In this document: positions 12,982-26,498 of the stretch, piece after piece
How positions within the stretch are numbered: the first letter of the stretch is position 1
How the letters are laid out: each line of letters begins with the position of its first letter
Origin: Ascidiella aspersa
Lineage: Eukaryota
DNA: 64,000 nt
Reading direction: 5' to 3'
NCBI GenBank assembly: GCA_963924565.1
Contig: OZ004614.1
Location: forward strand, 4,278,001 to 4,342,000
The notes under the pieces: model-generated
Told to the model about the DNA's origin: nothing
Databases searched by the model: none
Seen by the model: the letters and a program-made list of their open reading frames with translations, nothing else
Translations under genes and position numbers: made by a program

Positions 12982-15900
12982 TGAATCGATGGATTAATTA
13001 TTATTGCCTCACAATTTTGCTGCATTTGCAGACAGCAGCTTCTGCATATTGATTTTGAACGAGCGCTTGACAGGATTCGTTGGAAAGTTTCGCTGAAATA
13101 TCAGCTGCGTGGTGCCGTTGTATTGAAAGCTGATTGGCGCCAATCACGTTCCAAAAACGGCGCCGTTTTAAGGGTGAACAGAGTTAGGCAGACGAGTGGA
13201 ATATTGAAACTGGGCAGGGAAGTATACATAAAGCTCTAAAGGTTTTAAGTGGTATTATCTTTTGAAAGTAGACGTAAACTGTTTCCAGTTTTATTGCTAA
13301 ACACGCCTGGAATTTGTAATTACTACCAACGTGAATTCCGTTACGCATTTACTCCTAACAGACTGAATACAATGTTGTAATAAACGGTTTCCAGCAATAC
13401 TATGCGTTTTTCGCGAAGTCCTAAAAGTTTTAAAACAATAATGTAAAAATAAAAGTGGAAAGATCTTAAACGCAATACACTGAAAGGATCGGAACTGTTA
13501 GGAACTCGTAAAGTCTTTCAGTAACCTAAGTTTATTCCGTTTGTTTCAGGTTTAAGTGACCAAAACTTCAGATTTAATTTGTGATAAGAACTAATTTGTG
13601 GACAAAGACAAGTGGTGTTTCATAAACGAAGAGTGCAAAACAGTTAATTGAATTTTTTTATATGATACACCCTTGGACTTTAAATGAAGCCATAATATGA
13701 CATTTTAGTGTTTTGTATACATTTGTTGCCGGTTTAATCATCCTATATTTTGAAAGTGTCCAATGATATCATTCTAAATAAGATCTACAAAGACAGAAAA
13801 AATATCAATCTGTTTCTGGAACATAAGTCGCCCCTGGTGCACATATTGACAAGAAACTACCAAAACAAACAAACAAAACAAAATAAATCAATTGACGCTT
13901 TGATTAGCATTCATTTCGTCCAATATGGCGGATATTCAAAAACATACTAACTTTTTTTAATTGGACGGGATTTCTGAACACAGGTTGACCCCCCACGCCC
14001 CCAAAACCCCATTGTCCATCCACAACAGAACAATCGTGTACAAGCGCACAAGCGAAAACCATATTGAAAGCGTGGAAATGTCTGGGAACAATCCGACGCA
14101 ACTCGTTCTCGATTTTCGCCGAAAGTTTCCAGCTAGGCTCAGGAAAAGCTCAGGCGACTCTCTATTGGAATAGAGCTATACGTCTGGCAACTTGTTTACC
14201 AGCGATGACTGACAGCGCACGCCTCAGCCCACTACTACTACTGCTGATACTGTGGAGTCCCTTCTTTCCCGGGATTGTCAATTTATGCCGACAGGGAGCG
14301 AGCCTACATTCGATTAGGAGGGGTAAATATCAGGGCGCTGCCATTATTTCTCTTCGGAAGGGAAGTTAAAGTTGTTTAGTTTGAATACATAGGAGTATGT
14401 AATCGCTAAAGTGTTTCTAAAACTTTTTTCGTGGTGACTTAAATACTAAGCGTAAGTATAGCAGGAAAGCTTTGGCGACCCGATTTAAATATCTCAACGA
14501 AACTTTATGTAATCTTCAAGTGAACAAAACACAAAATAAGGCAAATCACGTTAATCTATTCATTAATACGATCCATGTCTTCGTAATTTTTTTATAATTT
14601 TTTTAAAATTTCGTAAAAATGTTTGTCAGAACCAATTTAAATGAATTTATAATCATTTAAAACTTTTGCATTTGGCAACCTAAACAAATCAAGCGGTGTC
14701 AACAAATCAAGACTGCTCCAGGGTCGTTTTTCTCGGGGGGGGAATAAGCAGGGGCAGATTCAAGGGGCACGTGGCCATGACCCCCCAACTTTTTTTTTGC
14801 CCATTGCAACTACGTAAGTGCAAGCAATTTATGTCTTACACAACTCTGATTAATTTGTTTTGGCCTAAAGGTTCAAAACGTCCCTTGGGTCCATGTAAAG
14901 TTTGGGCAACTTAAACTATATATAGAGGCGCTTTGTGACGTCACGTTTTGACGCAACTTTGTGACGTCAATCCTGAAAAAAAGATTATGTTCCCCCAAAA
15001 AAGCTTGGATCCGCGCCTCGTCTGAGAAACCCTGGGCTAAGCAAACTTGCAACTGATAAGCCCATTTTCCTGCCTTCTTCACTCTATCATATCTCGCTGC
15101 ATGGGATAAGCGTGCGCTCCTCCAAGAGAAAGAAAGAAACAAGGCGGGAGCAAAGGACTCCTTCACTCCTCTTTTTTCGGCGCAACAGAGTATTGAAGAG
15201 GAGATTGATCGCGGGGCTCAACTTTTCCCGATAGCACTGTGAGGTGTTTACCGTTTTATATAGAGAGTTGGAAAACTTGGTTGCTTTTAACCTTGATACA
15301 GGCAAGAGTTGTTTACACCCAAAGGCCCTCAGTACGCCAATGGGCAGGCATTTTGCAAGTTCTGACGTTTTGCGTGATAAGAATATCAAAGCCCATATTG
15401 GAAGTAGACATAATTTTAAAACGTTTCAAATATTGCTTTATTTTCATCTGTTAAACATCAATAAAGAGATAATCGAAACGTTCACAAATTACTACCTGCT
15501 TCTATATGGGTTTTGATATTATTACAAATGTTATCCGCGTAAGACGCATCTGTAATGCTTTCAAATGGAAATTTTCATGCGTGTGCAGTCTTGAAAATCG
15601 GCGTAAACAAGTCTGCCACTCTCCCTAATGTGTAAGCGCCCGAATTGGCGGAAAATCCAATTCCACTTCTCAGCGTCGCTCAGCCACCAGCTTTTCCCGC
15701 GCAAACCGCATCACGTGACAGCTGCAGCTCGCAGGTTTGCACGAGGCGAGAATCTCTGCAAACATTCGACGTGATAGTAGGGAGGGGAAGAGGGTGGGTC
15801 GTTAACCTTTTGCAAAGAGTTTATTGGGCTGGTGATACTTTTCACAAGATTCTACAAACATGACCCGAACTATGAGTTTAGATTTGGCGCTTGATATTAT

Positions 15901-18900
15901 GATTCCCGGTCAATTATCTGCTGGAAACATTGTGTTGTGAATATGATTTTGTTGCAGACTTGCTGTTTTTCGGATTTAGTTTCTTGTTTGCATTTAGCAA
16001 GAAGAAACCTCATTTTTAAAGAAACATATAAGTGTTTTCCGATTTAGCGTTTAAATAGTTTTTTTGTTGTTCGATATTTCTGTAGGGAGAAGTTAGGCAA
16101 GGAATTCTTAATCTCTTTTAAGGTAGATCCCTTTTCCGGTCAAAAAATGGAAATTTAAACAGAGTCTAAATACTTTCAAGTAGATGGCACTAAAGCGTTT
16201 TTTTACATCATACTTTTTCTTTTGAAACATTCATTCGTTTTTTTAAATAATAAGCTAATATTACAATTAGACCTTTCTAAACCTCCCTACAACTGGTTCA
16301 CGGACAAGTTTAAGAACCACTAAACTAGGTGGTCCCAAACACAAGGAAACATGCACACAGTTTTACTGGTCTGTCTGTTTAGGATTGAAATATCAATAAA
16401 GCAACGTTGCAACTTGTTGCATGTAACACATTAACAAATGAATATCACAAACCACACTTTGAAAATACGGAAAGTAAGTCAACTACTTATTTTCAACCAA
16501 AACAAATGTTAACGTTAGAAAAGGAATCTCAAGTTCACCGACGATTCCTCGTATTTTACCCAATAAAACACCAGGGTCTGCCTTTATTATCCCAGGACAT
16601 CCATAAACTTTATCACCGAAGAGAGTGGTATGGTCGGATTTCGCTCAGATGCGGCATCAACGAGGTTGGGCGTCGCGTTTTGCTGATGCTGCAATGCAAA
16701 ACAACACAGTCTCCTTGAAAAAGCCAGGCACTATTTCTAGCTGCGCTTTCTGGCCGTTTTTACAGTCTAAGGCAGGGACTCATGAAATGGGGTCGTGGGT
16801 CCCTTGGGCCTAAGTAGACTAGTTTTAGGGGGCCCATGAAGGCCAAAATTACAATTAGTGATATTATTGAAAGATGGAAGGTAATTTTCCAAATTAAAAG
16901 TTTGTTTAAGGCGCCTTCTCTTTGAATGAATTTATACTTCACTGAAGTTTCACGTTTTTTTGAACCGAAAATAGCCGACTTTAAAGTATATATATTTATT
17001 TTATGACGCTACTAATTATGACGTCTGCTCTAAATATTGAATTCCGACCATGTCCATGCCATCCAAAAGAAGTTGGGGCGTTAAAATCCCTGAAATCCAG
17101 TTAACATAGCCACCTTTAAACAGTTTGTTGTTTATAAACAAAACAACTGTTTTCGTGCTGATCGTGCAGTTACAACCTCAGTTCCAGAACAACACGGCGA
17201 AAATTGGGCCAAAAATAAGAGTGCTGGCGCCTTTTTAAGAGGCCTCGTAAACGGGCCTGGTGTGATTTTGCACGCTCTGTGCATCTCAGACAACACAGAG
17301 CTCATATTTTCGCTTTCGGCGAGAGATATCAAAAGCACTCGCGTCACACTACAGTGAGTAGAGGCGGCTAAGCGTGACGAATCGGTGTTGGCGCCTCTAA
17401 GCAACTATTGCAATGCTCGGAATAAACGTAAAGCCAAGACGCATTTTACTTGATCGAATTGTTAGCTTTTCAACAACAAAGGTTATGTTTCAGCAGGGCT
17501 TTGAGGTCGGTTAGTAATGACCCGAGTTCAATTCCCGAGTCCGGCTCCGGTCAGATGTGCGATTTCTTTGAGTCCCAAACCCCGCTGGGTCTCAACAGCC
17601 TGACCCCTCTACATAAATTTGAGTTGATAATCAGCAACTCACTCATGTGGGTTTTACATAACCCATCCACCCACAATAGCATACTTTGTTGGAAAATGTT
17701 CCACAATTTGCTACTTCACATTTATCAGTTTCAAAAACAAATCTGACATGTCATTATTTAGAAAAGCAACTGTAACCCTTTTCACAGTATTTAATTTTCA
17801 AACAGTTGAATTTTTTAATTTTTTAAATTATGTGGCTCATTTTGTAAGGAGTCGAGATATTTTAATTCTCTAGGAAAAGTTCACCAAATAAATTTAAAGC
17901 ACGAGTGCAGTTTATTTTATAGGATAAAATAACTAAATCGTACTTATTGCAAAGCACAGTTGCCTAAAAACTAAAACCGTATAGTTAATTATTGAATTCT
18001 ATAAACGAGAAATATGTGAAATAAATCCAACATGTGACCACCAAACATGAATTGACAAAACTTGTGAACGGCGACTTCCTATCCGAAGGATTATCCCAAT
18101 GAGTTGAGAGTTTGTAATAAATCGTGTAGCATCGGGATATCCGTGTTCTAATACTTAGCAGTATAAACCTTAATATGCTGATTTTAATTTCCGTGTTTTC
18201 ATGTGACAAGCCAGCCTAATCCCAATTTCCTTTCGCTAATCAGATTACGGCATATGTCACAAGAATAAAAGCCAATTCACACAAACAAGTAGCAAAAAGG
18301 GCAGACAACAGCCGATATCTGATATCCGAGTGTAAGCGGCTTCGTATACAAGCCCTAATCGCATTATTAGTCATGCATCAGCGCGCACCAATAGGATTAG
18401 AGTATAGCGGCACAGCGGGATCTCCACAAATGTTGATCTCACAGTTGGGTGTGGTTTTGCTTTCCAGAAACCCGCTGGGCTGTTTCAGCGTACGATTTTC
18501 AGTGATGTCAGCAAAATAACGCTTCTGATATCAAAGTACGGGCGAATTCAGGAGCATCGTGACCATAGCCCGCAAAACCGGGTTTCTTTGCCTATTTTAA
18601 CCACCTAAATGCAAACATTTTTCCCGAAACTTTTTGTTAGGTTTCCAATATGTCTAAGCCTATTTTATAATGGTTTAGGCCAAAAGGCGTCGCGCGTCTT
18701 ATCAAACCTTTGAAATAAAAGTTTTGACAACTTAAACGATCTAAAAGCGTTTTTGAAAGTAGCATCCAAAACCTCAAGCTTTGAGAAAATAAGCGAAATA
18801 AACGAACTTTGGCTGTTCTTCAAGTTACTTCTTTATAACGTCACGTTAAGATATAACATTGTGACGTCACTTTCTGACGTGACTTTGTGACGTAACGTCT

Positions 18901-20375
18901 GAAAACAACTTTATGCCCCCCTAAAAGCGAATGAAATTAAAACCCAATCGAGTGAGATTTACGGCTAAAGGAACATCGGTTTAACAAAATTTCCGCAGTA
19001 AATTAAAATAATCGTTTACTGTTTGGAATGAGAAAAATTTTAAACGCAAAACCAAAAAAACAGAGAAATTTCAAAAGTCGCCTATAACGCGATTTAAACG
19101 AGTTTGAGACATGTCAACAACGCTCAATGCTCAATGGGTTTCCCATCACACTGATACCTTTTGAACAAATAATCACCAGTGTTTTACAAGACAGAGTGCT
19201 CATTTTATCGACACATGAAACATCACCATGAAATTATTACTACCTAAGAACCAAGCTTCCCTTCGAATTCATTCAAAGAACGCTGTGTTTCCTAAAAGCA
19301 GCGAATTGTGCGATAACCATTTATTGCCTTGGCGGAAATAAAACCGCAAATAAAGAGGTACGATCAACGCGTGATGAAACAAACCTGTTGCAGTCTCTGG
19401 GAAGATAAAAATCAATTTGTGAACATTCTGGATTTACTCGATTAACAAAAGTATTTTCCGGGGACAAGGCTTATTTAAATGAGTACGGGGAAGGAAAAAG
19501 TGGAACAGGTGTCGCTACTAGGTCTATTCTGGAGGCAATTGTCATTTTCTAATATATAATAGGTAAAATGCGTTTTTGGTAATATGTTGTTAATGCTTTT
19601 GTAATGATCATAATGCCAATTTTTTCAGTGCTCTGTTCTTATACAACCTTTAAAATATTTAGTAAAATCTGCTTTTGTGGGGATTCGATGTTATTTGTCG
19701 GATCGCGGCACTTTTTGTCAAAAATATTGGATATAGGTATCGATATAAAATGTCAAGTATAGAACATCCTTTTAGTTTGAAATAACGTTTTTTGGCATTC
19801 AACAAGCTTCAACTGTTTTCCAAAGGTTGCCTACGTGCCGCAAATGTAGATTTTGTTTGCAGATTAATTGCTCGATTGGTCTCCGACCTTACACTTGGAA
19901 AGCTCTTAAATGTCGATAAATTTGACTCCTAATCAGGGAAGGCTACAATTTCCTGAATGCGCGATAATTCGCATTTCCAGCAGCCGCTTTTGAATTGTCG
20001 GGGAGAAGAGAACTTGAATGAGGAACAAGAGAAAGATCTCTAATCCTACTAATTGACAAGTTTTCACCACGATTGCGGCAATTTAGGAACGCATACAATT
20101 TAAATTGAAGAAAAATTATAAACCGTTGCTATACCATGCATAATATTAATAAGCAGCTCCTTTGGAAATTGTTTGTTAACATCAACCTATTCAAGTCGCC
20201 TTCTTCAAGGTGAATGGACCTGTTTTGGATTTAAATTTTTGAGGTTATTCTGAATTATGGTGAACGCGAACACATAAAACACGTCAAATATTTTGGAACA
20301 CTATATACGGATCTGTTCATAAGTTTAATGGTGAAAATAACGGCTCAAATAGACGTAAAAAGCGACATGCTTTAT

Positions 20376-20417
20376 TTTCAAACGTTTCGGCAAATGCTCA
20401 TGCCATCATCAGTGATA
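20376..20417 (-). ncRNA. Second minimal hammerhead motif, inverted copy
   Basis: Minus strand TATCA-CTGATGA-T-GGCA(tgagcatt)TGCC-GAAA-CG-TT-TGAAA; the stem II loop differs from the plus copy while core and stem II are conserved. Confidence 0.7.
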
Positions 20418-20510
20418 TGAAGGCCACATCGGTTGCACCCGTTTATACACACCTTGGTTTCTTGGTGCGACTAAGGTGTGTATAAACGGGTGCAACCGAT
20501 GTGGCCTTCA

Positions 20511-20552
20511 TTTCACTGATGATGGCATTAGAAATTGCCGAAACGTTTGAAA
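20511..20552 (+). ncRNA. Minimal type I hammerhead ribozyme motif (Penelope-like/retrozyme type)
   Basis: TTTCA-CTGATGA-T-GGCA(ttagaaat)TGCC-GAAA-CG-TT-TGAAA: intact core, 5-bp stem I, 4-bp stem II, palindromic ACGT in place of stem III, followed by AATAAA. Confidence 0.75.
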
Positions 20553-20741
20553 ATAAATCATGTCGCTTTTAACGTCTATTTGGGCCGTTATTTTCACCAC
20601 GTCAATTATTATTATGTTTTTTTTGAAGTTCAGGTGGATTAGATTAAAAAAGCATGCGAAACGCTGTAGAAGTTCTTGTAAGAGTTTTGAGCACAGGTTT
20701 GATGAATAAACTCCTTATTTCATTATTTCGTTCTCTTAATC

Positions 20742-21017
20742 AAGCGGTTCTTAAACATGTTTTGCCGTGGACCCGTGGTTTTGCTTTTGCTTTGAGTGGA
20801 CCAAGTTAGGCAAGAAACGTCGCAATACAAATATACTTCAAAAATATGTTGTTTTTGGTCCAAATATGTATAGGTGAAATTAAGTCTATATACATTTTAG
20901 TGGATCAACGATTTATTTTCAATTAAACCATTTTCTTTGAAAAATTAATTACTTTTTAATTAGAGGCTAATTCGCGTACCTCGAAGGGGTTTATGGACCA
21001 CAGTTTAAGAACCCCTG
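20742..21017. mobile_element. hAT MITE, same family, opposite orientation
   Basis: AAGCGGTTCTTAAAC ... GTTTAAGAACCCCTG; TSD tcttaatc/ttttaatc. A further partial copy lies at ~59370-59610. Confidence 0.72.
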
Positions 21018-22586
21018 TTTTAATCCCTAACGATTCAAAAACGCTCTTTAAAAATCCTTAATAGCCACAAAACCTGGCCGTAAAACAGAGCCGGCCAGTC
21101 AGGGGCCGACAAACTGGCCAAAGGGCATATGACGTCCCACACAGACGAACGTGACATGAAGGCGTCCCGTTGATTCAACAAACCGCGCAAGTGGAGCCTT
21201 TAGAGCTTGTTTTGTCGTCGACCCTAAAGCTGTGAGTTCGTTGTTGAATGTTGACCGCACAACCCGGACCTCGGGCGCTGGGTTCAAGCCTTGCTCTTTA
21301 AAGCTTCGCCTAAAACACCAAAAGCTAGTCAGCAAACAATTTTTAACAGATTATTCCTATGCCAAATTAAACTTCTTTATGAATAATTTTTTTCCCAAAA
21401 AAATTTTACAACCGTCTAAAAAGACTGGTCAATATTTTATAAATTAAAAAAAAAATTAATATTCGAAAAAATATTGATAGGATCAGTCAATAGGGGGTAA
21501 TTTAATTTTAATTAATTCAGACAATAATACAAGTTCGTATCGAAACGTCTTAATCAATATGATGTCGATCTTCTCGACCTTTTTGGCTTTGAAATTTATT
21601 ATCAAGCTACATTACAAATCCTTGTACATGTTGTACCAGACCTAGTTCAAACATGTTGTAATAGAAAATAGGAAAACGTGGAAACTTAAGCATTAGAGTT
21701 CAATAATCAAAACAAACTGACGCAGCCCTTCCTTGTGCGTATTTGTCTTGTTGCCGTTGCACTACCCACAGCCCCCATAACTCACAACTATCAACCTCGC
21801 CCATAAAGTTCCCGCAGACGAAGTGGATTGAAACGCCCTGAAACGACCTCGACATTGCGGTGGCAGTAAAATCAGCAGCACTCAAGAGAGGAGACGAAGT
21901 GAGAAATATAAAGAACCATTTCATCTGCTAGTCTTTTAACAGGGTTTTTTAGTGGGTAGCATGTTTTTTAACGTTTAAAACGCCAACCATTTATCATAAA
22001 TTTTAAAGCTTTACAACTTGCTACCTACTACTGTTCGGGCTTTGTTATTCGTCTAACCACAAACCTCCAGCCATTATCTTAAGTCTTATACGAAATGTTT
22101 ACAAAATGTTACCTATACTTGTATGGGCATGATATTCACTTTACAGTATGTCTAAGTACAATCTCAAGCCATTAATATATTTATGGGCGCCGAACATGTT
22201 ATGTTTTTATTTTTTTGTTATTGTTGTTTCATTGGGTGAGAAAGAAACATTCAAATGGGGTAGAATTCAAAAGCGGTCCTACATTCTGCTTACCGAGATA
22301 GTCGAAAAATAACACATCTAGATTTTTCGATTTAACATTGTTTTCCTTAAAACGCAAAAGAGTACCTTTGATTTTTCTGTAATTGATCACCATATTACCA
22401 TGAAAATAAGGTTAAAAGAGAAATATATACAGAAAACGAGGCAAAATTAAAGTTCTACCTATTTAGCCAATGAAGATGGTCGTTTTGAAAACACATGTCA
22501 ACACTTTCAAGGCTGAAAATTGTGGTGTTCGGTTCATTAAAGGCAACAAAAACTGGGTTAAAAATAGAGTAGAAGAAGAAAAAAAA

Positions 22587-23057
22587 CAGTGGCGTAGCCA
22601 GCCGAATTTTTTTTTTTTTGGGGGGGGGGGGCAAAAGTTTAAACTTTTTTTGTTTAGCTTTTTCCATTGTATGAAGTGCCGTATCAAACACAAATAAATA
22701 TGCCAGCAAACCGTTTCGAGCAGCAACTGGCTGAGTGTTAACGCAATACTAAAAAAACTTCCAAAGAGCAAAAACAAAATGACTAAAAAGTTATAAAACT
22801 ACAGTAATAAGTTGATCAAAAGCAGCTACAGAAGAGCTAGATTTCAGTTATTAACATATGTGTGTGCACGATTTATTGAAGTATAGCAAACGTAATAATA
22901 ACTACATCGTTTGTGACGTAACAGTGCGTGACAATTGAATGTGTGGCATGCCTTTGATCGACTGTTGTACTGCTCATAAATGCTAGAAAACAAATATTAG
23001 AGTACAATATTTAAAAATTTTGCCATGGCCCCTGCGCCTCCCCTGGCTTCGTCTATG
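22587..23057. mobile_element. MITE-like element with CAGTGGCGTAGCCA termini and poly-G tract
   Basis: Degenerate inverted end tggcttcgtctatg; contains the SINE 3' fragment at ~22811-22878. Confidence 0.5.
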
Positions 23058-26000
23058 GAAAAGACGAGATGTAGTCGTGACGTAGCATCACGCCACTCTC
23101 TGTAGACCACAAGCGACGTGACTTCACATACACAAGTGGTGCCATGTTCACGTGTTTGTGTGTTGGGTTGGCGCGTGCATTTATATGTGTGTGTTTCTGT
23201 TAGGTGCCCCTGGGTCTAATGTCTATTAAGTCAGTGACCTTAACGACCCAATACCTCCCCCAATACCCCTCTACAACAAGACTAAATATACGTTAAACCT
23301 TTAGGTTACAGAATACGTTTTCATTTTAGGGAGTTGGTTCTTGCCATTTACTTTATCATTGCGCCTAATGATAGGGATGACAAATACTTCAATACTTGAC
23401 TAATTGTCTCACAAACCTTTATTTGCTTTAATTTTACCGGTTAGGAGATTCAAGTAAAAGTCATATCACTTTGCAACAGTTCGGCTCTTGCTATTAGCCT
23501 TATCTAATCAGCTTTGTGAAGACAAACGAGTTATCTGTTTTACATTCATTTTATTTTGCTTTACCTTAATTAGTGAACTCCATAAGATTAAAGGTTCTCA
23601 TCTCGCAGGAATACTTTCGACTTCAGACGAAAACACTGAAATCAACGCAACCATGACTGAGATTTTTTGCTCTTGCTAATCAGGTATTTCGTTATTTTGT
23701 AAGTTCATTGCAGTCATAAACATTAATTAAAAAAGCATAGTAAAATTCTAGTGAAAAAGTATTTTGTATGCATAAAGTTTGTGCTTTTACTATCACTGCG
23801 CTTTCATAAATCTATATGTTTGTTTTACAAATGCTCACAATAAAACGAAACTCAAAGTATTGTTTTCTTCGCCGATTTATTGCCTGTTTCCGTTCAGGAA
23901 AATCTGTTAGAAGAAAACAATGATTAGAGCCCTTATAATGCAACAAAGCAAAACAAACAAATCAATTTGGCGACGGCGTGAAACATCGCGCACGCGTTTG
24001 CTGTTTGTATTGTTAGTATTCCAAACAGGGAAATTGCATTGTTGCACGCTCCATTGTTACTGTTATGTCATCAATCGAAGAGTGCGCCTTTAACAATGCA
24101 AACGGAAGGCAGTAGACCGTAAAACAACAACTCTATCGGCCCAGTAATTGTGTCGTCCGGTGCTTTTAACTACAAAGCAATTCGTTTGGCGCAAATTGGC
24201 TTTCGCTTGTAGCTACCTTGTCATTAGAAGCGTATTTTCTGCTGTAATTGCAGCGAAAGATGTAAGTGCCAGTCAAGTACATTTTTACTACGTAGAGTAA
24301 CAACAGTACGCACGAATAAAACCGTTATTACCAACGTTTGAACTCTTTCCTAACTAGTGCTTCTTAAAACTTTAGCATCGTTACCCATGAGAAGATATTA
24401 TTTTAATTCCTATTTTAGTTTGACACAATTGCACAGTCAAAAGCACATACTGAGAATTTGCCTCTTTCCAACCTATTTTCATTCACAGATTTGTGATTTG
24501 AATCGTTCCCATAAGGCTATATAAATATTTATTGCCACATTACCCTGTTAAGGCAATTGGAAAGAAAACAACTTCTTTCAAAGCCAAGGTTGCAGTTCAA
24601 CCTTTGATTTGATTTCAACACACAGTTATTCCCACGACTATTCAGTTTCCTTATAGCCGCTTTATCTTTCGTTCGACCTTGAGAGCTCATAAATGACCTT
24701 GGCATCTTGTTAAAGGTCAAGAAGCAGATTAACCTGTCACAATTGCAGTTGTTATCTTGCCCAAATTCGCACGTTTGAAAAACAGCAGATGTTTTAGCTT
24801 GTCTCTCACCCTAACATCGACTTAATTACAGATTGTTACAGGTTATATAACACCATATTTGCCCAAGGTAGCTCGATTTAATATCCTTTAATGAAATAAC
24901 ACAGGTTTAAATACAAAAATCTCCCGTTTTCTGCCAAACATTTTACCACGTGTGTTTAACCTTGAGACAGTTTCTATTTTAAACGCTCGTCGTATGTTTA
25001 TGCTCCAGAAGGCAATTTTAATGTCTGTGCATATCATTGTGGCTACGAAAACGATCTGTGTAAATAATTAATTTTATTAAAAGAGTTATCTCCAAATGTA
25101 AAGACTTTGCTGATCGATACCAAGTTGGTGCTTAGTAAACGTCATTTATATTTTAATAAATCTGCGTTACTACGCTACGATAAGTTCCAATTACAAGATG
25201 TTATGTTGTAAAACGTTACTGTTCACAAGAAAGTGTTGAATATTGATGAAATGTCAAGCCGTTTAATTGAAAAATGGACTAGTCACCAGCTAGGTATTCG
25301 AACTTAATTGTACTTAATTCAGACTCGAAATTAAAAAAAATGATCCTTCTCATTTTGTTATTATTTTTCAGTCTAACAATCGTCAACAAAATCGTCTGCT
25401 ATGACCATATCTACTTTTAAGTTTCAACAAAAAAGTAACATATTTTAAAAGACAAAGGGAAAATCAGTTCGTCATGAACGTTCACAAAATTCAATTTATT
25501 TTCAAATAAATCCATTTACAGCGGCTTGCGGTTTTCCTTATCGTGTAACTCCCTGGAAACAATATTAGCATTTCATCAACATCAGTATGCTGCCCACAAC
25601 ATGGTTTAAAACACGACCGCACATCCTATTATGACGTCATCTCCCACGCCAATAAACCTCCCCTGGCGCCCCCCTGCCGTGCACCCCCGGATTATCTTCG
25701 CACATGTTGCGCCAAAGTAATTGGATTCCATCACGTGATCCGAACAGCTATGTTGAACAACACATTTTTTCTCGCGGGCGTAAATTTGTGACGTCACAAT
25801 GTCAACGCGATTGTTTTCGCAGCGTGCGGAATTCTAAATTTGGAAAACATTCTTTCGCGAAGCGCGTTGAAGAGTTTTTGGCTTTAATCCCCTTTAACCA
25901 ATTTGTAGTTCTACAATGTCGGGAAAACATGTTATTTATTTGTTTAAAATTGTGTTTCTCAACCTTTATCGCAGCGACTCAAATACTAAACGTAAGAGTG

Positions 26001-26498
26001 AGGCTTTGGCGACTCAATTATCTTCACCCAACTTTTTGTAAGCGAACAAAAACGTATGATATTAGCTGTAATAAGTTCCAATATAATTATCATTAGCCAT
26101 GTCTTTACTTTACAAGTATTAGAGAATTTTTACAAAAAAATAGACATTTTCCCCTAAAAAACTGGAAAATACATGGTAACTGATTAATAGGTTTTGGTCT
26201 AGGTTTACTTTAACTGCCCACCTTAACCCCAAACTCGTCCCTAGTTTTGCTGAACTATTTTTACAAGTATTAGAGAAATCTTGTTCAGAACATAGCTTAA
26301 AAATTTAACTTTTAATCGGCGACCCAACCGAATTAAGATGCGGTCCATAGGTTATAAAGACTGGCCTGAAGAACAGGTCTTCAATCTGTGGCATAAGGTA
26401 ATAGGTGAGATATACAATTATTGGAAGTGGGATATTACTGTAACGGCACTAAATTGTATTTTTTCTTTGTCACAATAATCGACTTATTAAATCTAAAC

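Larger units (their letters stand above)
20294..20597. mobile_element. Fold-back element, probable Penelope-like pLTR remnant
   Basis: ~130-bp inverted arms (20329-20458 / 20470-20599), a ~35-nt unique tail on the left, and flanking direct repeats cacgtcaa(a/t)tattt (20280-20293, 20598-20611). Confidence 0.7.
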
